Below, piece by piece: positions 25,964-37,255 of a DNA stretch of 64,000 nucleotides. Every line of letters starts with the position of its first letter. Position 1 is the first letter of the stretch. Position numbers and translations under genes: made by a program. Origin of the DNA: Tubiluchus corallicola. Taxonomy: Eukaryota > Animalia > Priapulida. The notes below the pieces were generated by a model. It made no database searches. It saw only the letters and a list, made by a program, of their open reading frames with translations, and was not told the DNA's origin. The DNA is taken from contig JAQGDQ010000157.1 in the NCBI GenBank assembly GCA_030141605.1, forward strand, positions 261,266 through 325,265. Direction: 5' to 3'.

Positions 25964-28900
25964 CATCAATAACTCTATAATATAAAAATATAGAGTTAGT
26001 TATGCAGAGTTACTTGAGTCAATTGCCGACAGTGTTTATATACTTTTGCATAGGAGTGGCCTGCACTAGACGTTTCTGAGACAATTAGGCGACATTAATT
26101 GTTTCTACATTACCGAGAGTCTAATACCACATTAGCATAGTATCGGTAAATACGGACAATTGGCAAATTTGGACTGACATCTGAGTGAACTCTTGATGGT
26201 AATTTCTGAAGGATATTCAAATGCTTGACTAAACAAGAAAATGTGCTATAACAAAAGCATCTAAGCAATTTAATGTGTAAAACACATGAAAAACACAAAA
26301 TTACATCATTTGACTGAGTCAGCAAGCTGAGAAAACTCTTAAAAAGAGCACAATAACTGATTAACATAAAACAAAACAAAGCAAGTACTAGAGCACAACT
26401 TTACCCTAAATTTGAAAGAGCTGCAGTCAATTCTTTTTCTAAACGCAAGAGACCGTCTCTTTTTTCATCACATTCCAGCACAGATTGCAAAGCAGTCGTT
26501 TCGTCGCCGACCACTTCCTGTTCTACGTGCAGCATGCTGATATGGGACGGTATCTTGAGCTCACCACTAAAAATGATAAAACATATGACGCAATGATTAG
26601 GATACTTGAGAAACAAGGCAAACGATTCTTGAGCGACCCGAAACGTCCGACAAAGTATGATTGTATCCTAGCTGGGGTGGCCTAATTTCGGATTGCAACC
26701 ACGCTGTCTTAAGTTCGAGTCCAGTGACTGCCAGCACTAGGACATATACCCTACATGTTATTCGCTGTTTGTGTGTTGCGTCTTTATCTGTATTGTTGTA
26801 ATGGCTATGAAATACTGAAGTGACTGGCGATCATGTCTAGAGAATAGCATCAAGAAACAGAATGTCCAGATTTTCAACGTATGATGATGCACCGAGTTAC
26901 GAGTTGCTTTCGCGCATCACCAGAATGCTCACCACCGGAGTTCCTGGTCACCAGCTGCCTCGGTGTATCATAGACTTAAAGAAAGACAGGATAATTTTTC
27001 ATCTACTACCCCATTTTCAAATCTGATAAAAAGTATACATTTTAACACAAGTAATACTGCAAAAGCATTTCTGATAGTTAAATAATAGATTAAAATCTTA
27101 ATTAATGGCGGACAAGCCCAACCACTGATATCACAAACTAAAGTAATTTTCAACAGCAAAAAAATTCTACGTGTATAACTTTTAATTAAAGATGAGTCAT
27201 TAGAGTAATGAAAGGTGAATCACTAGAGTGACACACGTTTGCTGGAAGGTAGATTTCTGCAAGTTATTAGTACTTTCTCATAAAAGCATGTTTTTTTACA
27301 GAACGAACATATTTATACATGCCTACATTACTGAAAATTATGCAAAAATCTAAACTTTTATAAAAAAATTCAATCCTAATTTTACTGTTAATATGCATGT
27401 GTTTGATTTTGCTTTTGCAATTCTCAAACGAATTATAAGTCAATCAGTGCATAGAAATGCTCAACATCTATTGTGCATTCAGACTAGCGACTCTTCTCGC
27501 CAAGTAAATTACAAACATGTTCAAACTAAAGAGCAAAACTTACTGCGAGTTACTCTCCTACAGAAAGCACGAGCTGACAGTCAATTATCTATTCACTGCG
27601 AGAAGTGTTGAGAGTAACTTGCCGAAGCGAACACACTAGCAGGAAGTCAACTCGCAGCCATTGTCACACTTGCAGTTCACATATGTGAGTTTACTGTGAG
27701 TTAGACACTCGTGACAGAAAACACACTAGTCTGAATGCGTCGTTAGATAATAAATGGTTCACTGAAAGCAACTATGACACAGATATGTTTGAAACTACAC
27801 TCATATCTCGGATTTCCGGGCAAAAGCGGGGAGATATCGCACTGAATTTGTCGATTGCCCGTAATTACCAATACTAAGCTAATACAGTAGGTGCCGTGTA
27901 TTAGACTCACGGTAATGTAGAATCAATCGCCTAATTGTCTCAAAAATGTCTAGCAAGAGCCGCTCCTCACATACAAGCTACACACGTGTCGTTAAACACT
28001 GCTTGGTTACACTGATGTAATGATGTAAACAAAGTAGCATGCAGGACTTTAAACAATGCAGATTTTGTCCAATTTTTCCGATATCCGAAAAAGCGAAGTC
28101 TAGCAAACCGAGATATGAGTGTAAATTCAAAAATTCCTCTCTATCTCACTTAAAACACAAAGAGTATATCTCACTAAAGTGTCACAACTAAATCACAGTC
28201 CCCACAAAAAGACAGACTTGCAAATAAGAACCGACAGATTGTTGAAGGAAGCACCTACGTTGCGATCATTTTCAACATGGTAGTTTTTCCTATCCCGTTT
28301 CGACCGACTAGCCCATATCTACGTCCGAAAGACATTTGAACATCAGCACCTTTGAGCAGAACTCTGAAAGAAGTATGAATTGACAACTTTGACACATTTA
28401 TATAAAAAATATATTGTAAATAATCGCACTTAATACTTAGATTTATGCTAATAGAAGACAAGTAACACTTTATGCATTCTTTATGCAAAGTTAGAAAGTA
28501 CTGCTGTTTGTTTCTTTGGTCTTTGCAGAAAATTATTCTTTACAAATTCTGAATGCATCTAAAAATTTTGCATAACAGTTGTTCAATAAGAAAAAGAATG
28601 TGGTTTCTATAAGAGAGAAGAGCATGGTTTCTATAAGTAAAAAGAGCATGGTTTCTATAAGTAAAAAGAGCATGGTTTCTATAAGTAAAAAGAGCATGGT
28701 TTCTATAAGTAAAAAGAGCATAGTTTCTATAGAGAAAAGAAGCATGGTTTCTATAAGTAAAAAGAGGGTGGTTTCTATAAGAGACAAGAGCGTGGTTTCT
28801 ATAAGTAAAAAGAACATGCTATCCATAAGAGAAAAAAACATGGTTTCTAAAAAGAGAAAAGAGCTTAGTTTGTATAAGAGAACAGAGTGTGGTTTCTACA

Positions 28901-31900
28901 AGAGAAAAAAACACTGTTTCTGTAAGAGAAAAGAACATAGTTTTTATAAGAATAAAGAACATGGTTGCTATAACAAAAAAGAACATAATTTCTATAAGAA
29001 AAAACATGGTTGCCACAAGCAAAAAGAAACATGGTTTTCATAAGAGAAAAGAAAATGGTTTTAGTTTTACAATTGTATTACACTGTATTTATACACAGTC
29101 TGAGTCTGTTATTTCCAGTGATTTGCGAAAAAGTTATTTGACTAGTATAAGATTCTTGACATTCACAAAGCGCATTATTACTGGGCATTTCTGCAAACAT
29201 GATGTATTCAACACACCGTTAGAAGTCAAGACTTGATTCACAGTAAAAATAGCTTACTTGCTGCCAAATGCAATATCACAGTTTTCAATTCGGACATCAA
29301 AAGTCCTGTTTGCACCACTGGCTTCCAGTCTTGTTTCCTTCCTACTGGTTGCCTGACTAGCTGTAGCACTCGATGACAGGTCCCTGAAAAAACAGACCAT
29401 TTTACACCCAGAAAGACTATATCAGGCTTAAAAAATTTATAAACGAATATCACATTGGGTTTAATTTCTGGTGTTTTAACTATTGAATCTTAACATGATT
29501 GAATGCTACATTTTTTACAATTTAAACTTATACATAGAACCCAGAGCTGCAACATTTCAGCTGAACTCCAGCTGGTTTATATCTACAGTCGATCTAGCCG
29601 AAGAGAAACCCAGCTTTATTTGCGGTAGTTGCTCAGTGATGGGAGTCGAGCTAGCCAACATTTTGCTCTTGGGATAATCATGTGACATTACAAATCACTG
29701 GTTGAAATATGGCAAATGCATTATGGATTTGCGATCAGATTGTGTGTGTGCTGGCAGAGACACTAAACTTTAGAAATTTCTGAATGAGACAGATGATCAA
29801 TTCAATATTAATTACACTAGTAGGCAACGTTAGTCATACGTATAGGATAATTTTGGTGTTTTGGTATTGATTTGTCGGTAATGAAGATAAGCTTCACCAA
29901 GAGTTGGATTTAAATTACATTTGCAATAAATCCATTGCTTCTTTATAATAATAAAAAATTGATCTCTAATGCATCATTTGAATTTGTACATCAGCTTTTT
30001 TCTGTGTATAAGCAACATGAATTACTTAAAAAATTTGTCTCCACAATTTAACAGTTAACTAACAATTATCATTTATTTAGTTAACAAAAATTCATCGCTT
30101 CAGCTGACTTAGCTGATTATTTTCTTGAAGCCAACTCAGCTGAAAAGTCAGTCAACCTCAGCCGAGCTAGCTGGTTTACTGTGTAGAAAAATAAAAGCAA
30201 GAAAATTTTGTTACAAACCCATTAACAGTTAAGGGTAAGGCATCATCTTTGCTCCTTTTTTCCTGTTTTTGCCTCAGCTTCGCTTCAGCTTTTCCCAGCT
30301 TTTTCTGGTCCACCAGCTGAAAGAAAATAAATTATGCCAGTAATTCATTTCTGACAAGACACAGCGTGATATAGCATGACATAACACAAGGTAACAAAAT
30401 GTCAATATATCATTCTAGTATCAAAAAAGAGTCATTATACAGCCGTTCTTGCTGCATTTATTTAAAGGAAGACAGGATGATTTTCACATACTATCCCATT
30501 TTTAAGTACGGTAAAAAGTATACATTTTAACACCAATAATACTGGAAAAGAGTTTCTGATAGTTAAATAATAGATGAAAATCTTAACTAACCACAGGCAA
30601 GACCAACTATTGATGACATCACAAACAAATTTAATTTTCAACAGCAAAAATATTCCACTAATGCGTTGCGCATGTTTGCTAAAGCGAAAATTGAAGTACA
30701 GTGTTACTATAACAGACTCAGTGTGTTAGTTCTAAAACTACAGAGTGTTTTAAAACTAGGCAAGTTTCACAAAAAAATTTCATATTTACCGCTGTGCTCA
30801 CGCATGAGCTGCCCAACGTGTGTAGTATATCAGAAACTAACACATCTGAACTGAGAGGTACAGTACCTGTTTTTGTGCAACGCGTTTCCAAAATGCAGGC
30901 ACTAGCGCCCACCTAACTAGCACATGGCAAAATGCATGTAACAGTGAAGAACTAGTGGCATGAATGAGAAATTGTGTTTGTGTGGTAATAATTCTTTCAG
31001 GTAAATCATCACTAGTAAAAAAAAGAGTATGTATCCTTTCAATACTTTAAACAGTAGATTGTTTTGACCTACAGTTTAAGATTGGTCCGGTTTTACTTTA
31101 AGAAACAATACCTCAAAGCAAAAAACTGCAGAGTAAGTTAAAATGGCTGGTTTATACCAAGCAGATACAACTGACCAACATAAGGTCCCTTACTGTGGTT
31201 TCTTTGCGAACTGTGCACCATATACTCGTATCTTCTTGAGCTTTTTGCTCTAATTCGGCAGCTTTGGAACTCAAATGAACAGTTTCATCCAACTTGCGAA
31301 ATTCATTTTCCTGATTCGCTTCTGCATCACTAAAAATACGCACATACACTAATTATTGCTTGAGACAGGCCATACCATTGTATTTGATACGAGATGCAAG
31401 AAATACTACAAATGCGCCAATCTCAGTAAACGTTACAATTTAGCACTGTGACCAGATGAGAGGAAATAATCGAAACACAAAGTTGCACTTTTGGGTTTTA
31501 AAAACAAAACTGCTCTAAAGAATAAAAAAAAACAAATTCGAATACAAACTGGAACAATTTACTAATTTACAGATTTTAATGTCTCTACACAAAGTGACAA
31601 CATTTCCAAATTTGCTGGCATGCAAACAGTTACACAAGTTCATATAAATATATTATGCTTATCCTCCCAGTTGATTGATAGACATGTGGGTGGTGATTAT
31701 TGTATAGGCTTAGATAACATTTAGGATAGATAACATGTACAGTAAGACCTCACTTAACGACTCTCCATTTAGTGACGTTTCTTTTTAACACTTGACACCT
31801 TTTTTCACTTAACAACGCACAATTTCATTTTAACATCAATTTTGTTTTACTTCGCTTGAAGCCAATTTTTATTTTATCAACAACTCTTTTACCTAATTTA

Positions 31901-33746
31901 ATGTATGAAAACAGTGCAAATATTATACAAGTATACGTTTTTGCTTCCAGACTGACCACTATACGCTAGCCGTTTACAAGTATCAAGCCAGACCTGGGAG
32001 TAAATTTTATGCAAGGAATTGTAACCTGATGCTATAGCAACCAGACTAGACAAAGTTCCCAAGGTGGCCTCATGGCTTGGCTTTAACTTTGCTGTAGTGT
32101 TTACTGTTTAACCCCCTAAAGAGAGAGCGCTAGCCAGGTAAGTAAGATGCATAGGTGGTTTCAAGCAAGCAGAAAGAAATTAATCAGTAGAAACATGAGT
32201 AAAACTCATCAAGCCTTTCATTTATATTATTTAAGCAGCATTGTTTTTTGCCTCTGGAACATACCTTTATTCTTTTACATTACTTTCTATGGAAGTCTTG
32301 GCCTCGTTTAACAACGTTTCGCTTATGGTCACATTTTGCTGGAACGCATTAGCTTTATTAAGAGAGGATTTACTGTACTTACATGTATTATAATTATGTG
32401 TTACGTGGAACGATTCAAAGTTCCCCTAATATTGGTATATAGTTGCTTTCATTACCCACATCGCTAGCATTACCTTTCCTATATATTAGTGCATTATATT
32501 TGCACATTATATTTGCCAGCTTCCACCACAATTGCAGTAACTAGGCATTTTAAAGAAAATTGGATTAGCATGTGACACAATTTTCACTTTCTATCATAAA
32601 CTTTATGTAATTTTGCACACTATGTTACAAAAAAGAAAATAAATTATTTAGAACAGTAAGTTACCCTCGAATGAAGTGCCACAGCTTGTCACATTTTTGT
32701 TTAACCTCTTCAGGAGTAGTCGATTCAGAAGCCACATCAATCAGGACTCCTCCGATGGCATCAAAGAATTCTTCCACGTCAGAGAAGTCATCGGCGCCGT
32801 GTTGCACTACTCCTGGAAGAAACCAACAAGTTACTAAGGGAGCAAGTCCAGGACTGAACTGATTCGTTGAGAGATTATTAATCAAATACAAAACTAAAGG
32901 AAGAGAGGATAATTTTTCATATACTATCCATTTTCAAGTCCAATAAAAGTATACATTTAAACATAATTAATACTGCAAAAGAGTTTCTGGTAATTAAATT
33001 ATACACTAAAAACTTAATTAATGGCGGGCGAGTCCAACCATCGATGACATCACAAACTAACATAGTTTTCAACAGCAAAAATATTCCATGAGCGTGTTGT
33101 ACAGGTTTGCGAAAGCGAAAATTGAGGAACAGTGCTACTGTAAAATATTCAGTATGTTGTACTAAAACTAGGCATGTTTTACGATAAAAATTCAAATTTC
33201 ACATTTACTGCTATGCTCACGCATGAGCTGTTGAACGAGTGTAGCTTGTCATAAAACTAACACATTTGCACTGAGTGGTATAGTACCTGTTTTTTGTGCA
33301 ATACGTTTTCGAAATGCAGGCGCTAGTGCCCGTCTAACTAGTGAACGGCGAAATGCATGTAACACCAACAGCGAAGAACTAGCGCGTAGTGGCGCGAAAG
33401 TGAAATTGTGTCTGTGTGGTAATAATTCTTTCACATAAATCATGTAAATCTTGCAAATTATTTTTGTATTGTATATTGGGGACCATCTTTGTGTCAGTTA
33501 TAATGAACTGTTTGATTCAAGCTAAAAAAACTGTTTAAATAAAAATATTAAAATATATAATCAGCACAGACAAGTATTCAGTAGAGGATATATGCTTATT
33601 TTACCAAATTACAATGTACATTTAACAAGAGTAGACAGGGTGTGCTTACAAATAAATATTTGATAACTCCCACCTTCTACATATTCTCTAACATCGGAAT
33701 CTAAATCAGGAAAAAGTTGTGCAAGCACTTCACAGCAGGCTGACAT
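13513..33746 (-). CDS. ABCF3: ATP-binding cassette sub-family F member 3 (GCN20-like), 17 coding exons, 715 aa
   Basis: Exons (minus): 33746-33674, 32812-32665, 31329-31194, 30316-30219, 29383-29258, 28363-28259, 26566-26405, 24833-24684, 23858-23802, 23695-23617, 22441-22241, 20119-20043, 18795-18751, 17937-17808, 16466-16286, 14929-14732, 13694-13513. All introns are GT-AG, phases match, total 2148 nt. N-terminus [25 protein letters not shown] resembles ABCF3. Two NBDs: Walker A GRNGIGKT and GDNGSGKT, signatures FSGGW and LSGGQ, Walker [10 protein letters not shown] and MLILDEPTN, two VSHD switches. No TM domain. Confidence 0.95.
13976..14475. mobile_element. hAT-type MITE family H
   Basis: (C/T)AGTGG...CCACTG termini with perfect 8-bp TSD CTGGGAAA; inverted copy at 37390-37920. 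Confidence 0.85.
14732..14929 (-). CDS. ABCF3: ABCF3 coding exon 16
   Basis: [35 protein letters not shown]...[16 protein letters not shown]. Confidence 0.95.
15090..15630. mobile_element. MITE family D, partial
   Basis: Collinear similarity to 11900-12430. Confidence 0.7.
16286..16466 (-). CDS. ABCF3: ABCF3 coding exon 15 (Walker A of NBD2)
   Basis: [21 protein letters not shown]...FTQHHVDQL. Confidence 0.95.
16505..16860. mobile_element. Foldback family A, internally deleted copy
   Basis: Same arm ends and central ctactggtctgcttattcattacc unit; the hammerhead segment is deleted. Confidence 0.7.
16963..17645. mobile_element. TTAA-AG-terminated (Kolobok-like) MITE family G
   Basis: aaggacaagaaa...ttttcttgtgctt; inverted homologue at 42675-43333; partial copies at 21886-22170, 35480-36060 and 45742-46140. 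Confidence 0.7.
17808..17937 (-). CDS. ABCF3: ABCF3 coding exon 14
   Basis: [21 protein letters not shown]...DSRICL. Confidence 0.93.
18210..18475. repeat. About 56-bp minisatellite, 5 copies
   Basis: Unit aaaaatgtacatggctgttattagttaaaaagtttcaagatttaccaaaaatgat. Confidence 0.85.
18751..18795 (-). CDS. ABCF3: ABCF3 coding exon 13
   Basis: [14 protein letters not shown]; phase 2/2. Confidence 0.88.
18842..19540. mobile_element. Foldback family A with degenerate hammerhead motifs
   Basis: Inverted arms; motifs at 18901-18935 (minus) and 19440-19481 (plus). Confidence 0.75.
20043..20119 (-). CDS. ABCF3: ABCF3 coding exon 12
   Basis: [25 protein letters not shown] (inter-NBD linker). Confidence 0.93.
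20455..21580. mobile_element. MITE family D with nested pogo-like element
   Basis: Family D TIRs at both ends; interrupted at 20697-21166. Confidence 0.75.
20697..21166 (-). mobile_element. pogo/Tc1-mariner non-autonomous element
   Basis: TA-CCGTATTTTCCC...GGGAAAATACGG-TA. The internal minus-strand acidic remnant [18 protein letters not shown]...DESDEEF resembles a pogo transposase C-terminus. Confidence 0.8.
22241..22441 (-). CDS. ABCF3: ABCF3 coding exon 11
   Basis: [23 protein letters not shown]...YQGNYEQF...HLQ. Confidence 0.95.
23617..23695 (-). CDS. ABCF3: ABCF3 coding exon 10
   Basis: [26 protein letters not shown] (Walker B). Confidence 0.95.
23802..23858 (-). CDS. ABCF3: ABCF3 coding exon 9
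   Basis: [18 protein letters not shown] (ABC signature). Confidence 0.95.
24684..24833 (-). CDS. ABCF3: ABCF3 coding exon 8
   Basis: [35 protein letters not shown]. Confidence 0.95.
24919..25502. mobile_element. piggyBac-type MITE family C
   Basis: TTAA-CCCTTTCA...TGAAAGGG-TTAA. Confidence 0.85.
25924..25963. repeat. (TTA)n microsatellite
   Basis: Seen directly. Confidence 0.9.
26405..26566 (-). CDS. ABCF3: ABCF3 coding exon 7
   Basis: [33 protein letters not shown] (Q-loop). Confidence 0.95.
26665..26745 (+). mobile_element. tRNA-derived SINE head
   Basis: A-box-like agctggggtggcctaa, gattgcaacc loop, B-box gttcgagtcc, then aggacat; homologous to 63870-63955. Confidence 0.55.
27796..28123. 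mobile_element. Tc1/mariner-type MITE family F
   Basis: TA-CACTCATATCTCGG...CCGAGATATGAGTG-TA; copies at 41788-42204 and 46333-46877, partial at 25810-26190 and 40490-40635. Confidence 0.8.
28259..28363 (-). CDS. ABCF3: ABCF3 coding exon 6 (Walker A of NBD1)
   Basis: [34 protein letters not shown]. Confidence 0.95.
28590..29060. repeat. 24-bp minisatellite, about 19 copies
   Basis: Unit agcatggtttctataagtaaaaag, decaying towards the right. Confidence 0.9.
29258..29383 (-). CDS. ABCF3: ABCF3 coding exon 5
   Basis: [37 protein letters not shown]; GTAAG donor. Confidence 0.92.
30219..30316 (-). CDS. ABCF3: ABCF3 coding exon 4
   Basis: [21 protein letters not shown], matching the conserved ABCF3 KKLEKAEA segment. 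Confidence 0.9.
30461..31100. mobile_element. TTAA-AG-terminated (Kolobok-like) MITE family E
   Basis: ttaaaggaagacagg...ccggttttactttaa; homologues at 26976-27180, 32895-33445, 39880-40490, 41248-42250, 47170-47468 and 58533-59125. Confidence 0.75.
31194..31329 (-). CDS. ABCF3: ABCF3 coding exon 3
   Basis: tttttag acceptor; [19 protein letters not shown]...KETT; GTAAGG donor. Confidence 0.85.
31738..32377. mobile_element. Tigger/Tc1-like MITE
   Basis: TA-CAGTAAGACCTC...GAGGATTTACTG-TA; related fragments at 15660-15762 and 24095-24305. Confidence 0.7.
32665..32812 (-). CDS. ABCF3: ABCF3 coding exon 2
   Basis: ttccag acceptor; [26 protein letters not shown]...WHFIR; GTAAC donor. Confidence 0.9.
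33674..33746 (-). CDS. ABCF3: ABCF3 coding exon 1
   Basis: ATG at 33746; [24 protein letters not shown]; donor G|GTGGGA, phase 1. Confidence 0.85.
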
Positions 33747-33930
33747 ATTGACGATCTTCCCAGCATGCCCCTGCAATGATTCACCAGGCAAATACAACCG
33801 AGTAAAGCTAAATTCCATTTACTCTAAAACATTATTTTTTTACGACCATTATACTGCTCAATGATAACCAATCCAATAGACGCAGAAAATTAATTACTAT
33901 ATTCTTAGAAAGTTTGAAAATTTTTTGTAT

Positions 33931-33999
33931 GTCTGTCGGTACTCGAATGCAGGCCTTGTGCTTTGCGACCAGCAATGCTAAATGCTACACGACAGAGGC
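33931..33999 (-). mobile_element. tRNA-like SINE head or tRNA pseudogene
   Basis: Minus strand GCCTCTGTCGTGTAGCATTTAGCATTGCTGGTCGCAAAGCACAAGGCCTGCATTCGAGTACCGACAGAC; degenerate A/B boxes and partial acceptor stem. Confidence 0.35.
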
Positions 34000-36277
34000 A
34001 CTTTGATGCACAGAGGTGAGGTACCATACATACGTAGCATACTATCTTGGCATATCTGGAGAAAATCCTGAATGAGATTTGCCTCGGCGTTCTACGAAAA
34101 TAGGAGCTTTGGGAATCAATAAAGAATGTATATCACCACATGAAAAAGATACACTACACAAGATATATCAGTGAGTTAATAACCGTAAGCCGAGGTTGAC
34201 GTAAAATAACAGTTGTGAGAAGTGATTGCATACCTGTACTTTAGCTTTTATATAATATTAATTCTTTATTTGTCATTAAAATGGTTCACTCATTACAATA
34301 AAAGTGAGTAAGCCTCAGCATAATGTTAAAGTAACAACATTGTTCAAGACAAATGCGTCAAGTGCAGACTAAAAAAAACTAAAGTGCAAAACTAAGGTCT
34401 AATTATTTACAATAACATGCACATATTTACAAACACGATATTAAAACTTATTTACAAAACAATATTACAAAAGTACATTAAATTTTACACAACGTTTACA
34501 TTGCATATACATTTGACATGACACAATTAACAAAACCTTTACATTACATGAATTTTATATTCATTACATTTAGATTATTCATGCATTTGACATTACATAA
34601 TTAACAGAACACGCATTACACTACAAAAATTTTATATTCTTAGTCATTTACGTAGATCAGGGCCTGGCGTAGTTGAAAGTCGGGTCTGTGTAATTATCAG
34701 ATGCATAATTTGGAAGTTGAAATCTGTTATATTGATATTTTTTTATTTTTTTTAAACTGGTGTAGAGATTTGATTTGTTTTGTTTCACTGGGTAGTTCCA
34801 TAAATGTATGGTTTGTTTGAGTTATTTCCAAATTTATTGCTTACTGCAATTTGCTTTAATTTGTGCGTTCTATTGTTTCACGCGGTATCTGGATTGAACG
34901 ATAAAGGATTTTTTATAAACGGAATGCTCAGTTTATTGATATATTTATAAAAAATATCAGTGTTTTGTAATCTCAATAGGATTCTAATATGCTATTCTTC
35001 TAAAATAAATGTGTCAGTCACTGTCAATGGCAAGATGAAAATATCACAGTTAATAAAGACGTTGTAAACAATGCATAAGAAAAAGGCCATACGAAAAGGA
35101 CAAAAATGGAAAAACAGAAAAAAGCACCTGTATGTTTTTGCTGCGATATATATACTTTTATCATTTTTGCCTACATTCATAATTTTTGAAGACCCTGCAA
35201 AAAGGAGCCAGTGGGTTCCTACTTACTTTTCATCAATATCTGCAGTATAATTATAACTGTAAGTTTACATTTCAGGGAGTCCTGTTACGGCCAAACAAAG
35301 CTACCCTTGGCAAGTTCTCATCAAATACAATGGACGTTTTGTATGTGGACGTTCTCTTGTGCACCCATGTTTTATACTCACAGCAAAGTACTGTTTAGGA
35401 GTTACTCCTAAATGGGTTAGTGTAATATTAGGTGAGCATTAATAATAGCATTAACAGGTTCAACACAAGATACTTTATAAGATACAAGCTGTCTTTACAG
35501 TCTTTTTGTGTAAGGAGTTTGCGCTAGCAGTTATGGCCCTTAGGTGCAGCCATTTTAATGGTTTACAAGTCTTTTGAAACAAGTTTACATAACATTGCGT
35601 AAAGTTTGAAAAATCAATCAGAAGTTTCGTAGCGCACTCTTCACTAACTAAGTAAAAGTATAAATCACTTTATATTGTCTGTAAGATCAATAACATACTT
35701 TTGGTGAATCAGTGGTGCACACTGGGATGGCGATGGAGTGCCGTTTTACCAGGTGGCACGAATATTTCAAATTTTTAAGAATTTTCCTTTCCAATTACAT
35801 AAGTCTTTCAAACAAGTAAGTGTTCTTTTACATGCGATGTACACATTAAATAAAGTCTAAACTGGATTAGTTTAATGTACATTTATATAAAAGCGTTTAT
35901 CCGTTTTCTGTTAAGGCGTGCAACAACCTCACACCACTATCAAGTCAATCCTAGTTAATAATGAACAATGGTTATCTCTGATCATAACTATGGCTTACAC
36001 TATAAGTGTGATGCTGAGTAATATAACTTTGTAATGAATTTTCTTTGGGATATAGTTTAAAATTCCCATTTTCTTCCCATTTAATTATCCCGGCTTTTTA
36101 AAACCCACAGGTGCACTATTTACAATTGATTAGAGATATAGTAAAATGAACATTAGCTTACATTGATATAAAATGATTATTTTGCATTTCAAATCAAACA
36201 TAACGATACAATGTTAATAGCAAAAAATCACAGAAAAAGCTTGGCAAAAGGTAAAAAATATTCATAAAAACAAGAAA

Positions 36278-36890
36278 GATGTGCTTGCACAGCAAAATCG
36301 TCCATAAGTTGGCAATTAAGTTTTTCTAGTTATTCATATATCCAGAATCTCCAGGATCATTTTGATAGCAAGCTCATCGCTCTATGTTATTTCTAAGCTG
36401 AGATAATCCACACTGAAGTTGAGATAGACGCTATGAAGTGTAAAATGTAACCTTGAGAAAATCCCTGTTTAAGTCAACCATTGTTTTTTGTCTCGTTTCT
36501 TCTAAACACTTAGCAACCGTACAAATGTTGGTTGCTATGGACTTTGCAAGAGCACATTGAAGTTATTTTTAAATCCAGTAGATGGCTCTTCCTGACAAAA
36601 ATTCGGGCTTGGCAAAGAAAAAACCTGAATCAAAATGATCGCTTCCACAAGTTATAGGAGTTTGAAAATACAACTTTTTCACAATTGCATTACTAGTTTC
36701 TAGCCAGAAAAGTGGATACGTTGTTATAAAATTACATTTAGTATTTTTTAAACATTTTCTTGGTAATTTGGTGCTAGAATATAAAAGTCTAATACGTATA
36801 ATTAGCATTTATTTTTATAAAAAATGTGAAACATTGACTTTTGGCCAAATTAAATGTGCCAACTTACGGATGGTTTTGGTTTGCAAGCAT
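36278..36890. mobile_element. MITE family D, uninterrupted copy
   Basis: Both TIRs present; shows the empty TTAA and TA sites that are filled in other copies. Confidence 0.75.
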
Positions 36891-37141
36891 AGTAATTGTC
36901 CAATTTTGCTCGTTTGATCCCAGTGATCCTTAATTTAGCCCTATGAGCATCTCTTACAAGGTCTTTGATTCAAATCTGGTGTCTGCACATTTTTTTACAT
37001 TAATCTTTTTGATTCCTGCAAGTTCCAGTTTTGACAAAAATTTAAGGGCTTCTTTCATTATTAATAATTTAATTCTGATAATAATAACCCTTAACATTTC
37101 ATAATAATCTGTAATCAATTTCAGTTTTGCACGACTAACGA

Positions 37142-37255
37142 TCACAATTTCCTGCTTACAGGATTGAAGTAAAAATCTTTGAGCAAAAATGTTTGAAATT
37201 CCGCAGACTGCTTCAATCCACCCATCGTCTCTCTCTGTGACACTAGTTTGTTAAC
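37142..37255 (-). CDS. caspase alternative terminal exon 10b (distal)
   Basis: tttttgcag acceptor, phase 0; VNKLVSQRETMGGLKQSAEFQTFLLKDFYFNPVSRKL then TGA; canonical caspase C-terminus. Confidence 0.85.
   Translation of the reverse strand, partial: VNKLVSQRETMGGLKQSAEFQTFLLKDFYFNPVSRKL

Noticed and set aside
28533-29236. ORFs of 67-154 aa (SMVSISKK and IETMLFLL repeats)
   Set aside because: Translations of a 24-bp intronic minisatellite.
26968-33443. Recurrent short ORFs of type MLLKIxxVCD (also at 40272 and 58672) suggesting a small gene family
   Set aside because: They fall within copies of MITE family E, and frames and stops are not conserved between copies.
33747-33818. N-terminal extension of ABCF3 (MEFSFTRL...)
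   Set aside because: Homology starts at MSACCE (33746), and an acceptor-like site at 33771 suggests the upstream ATG is intronic.
37142-37255. Remnant of a second tandem caspase gene
   Set aside because: No other caspase exons were found between 37.3 and 39.3 kb. The interval is largely two MITEs, so an alternative last exon is simpler.
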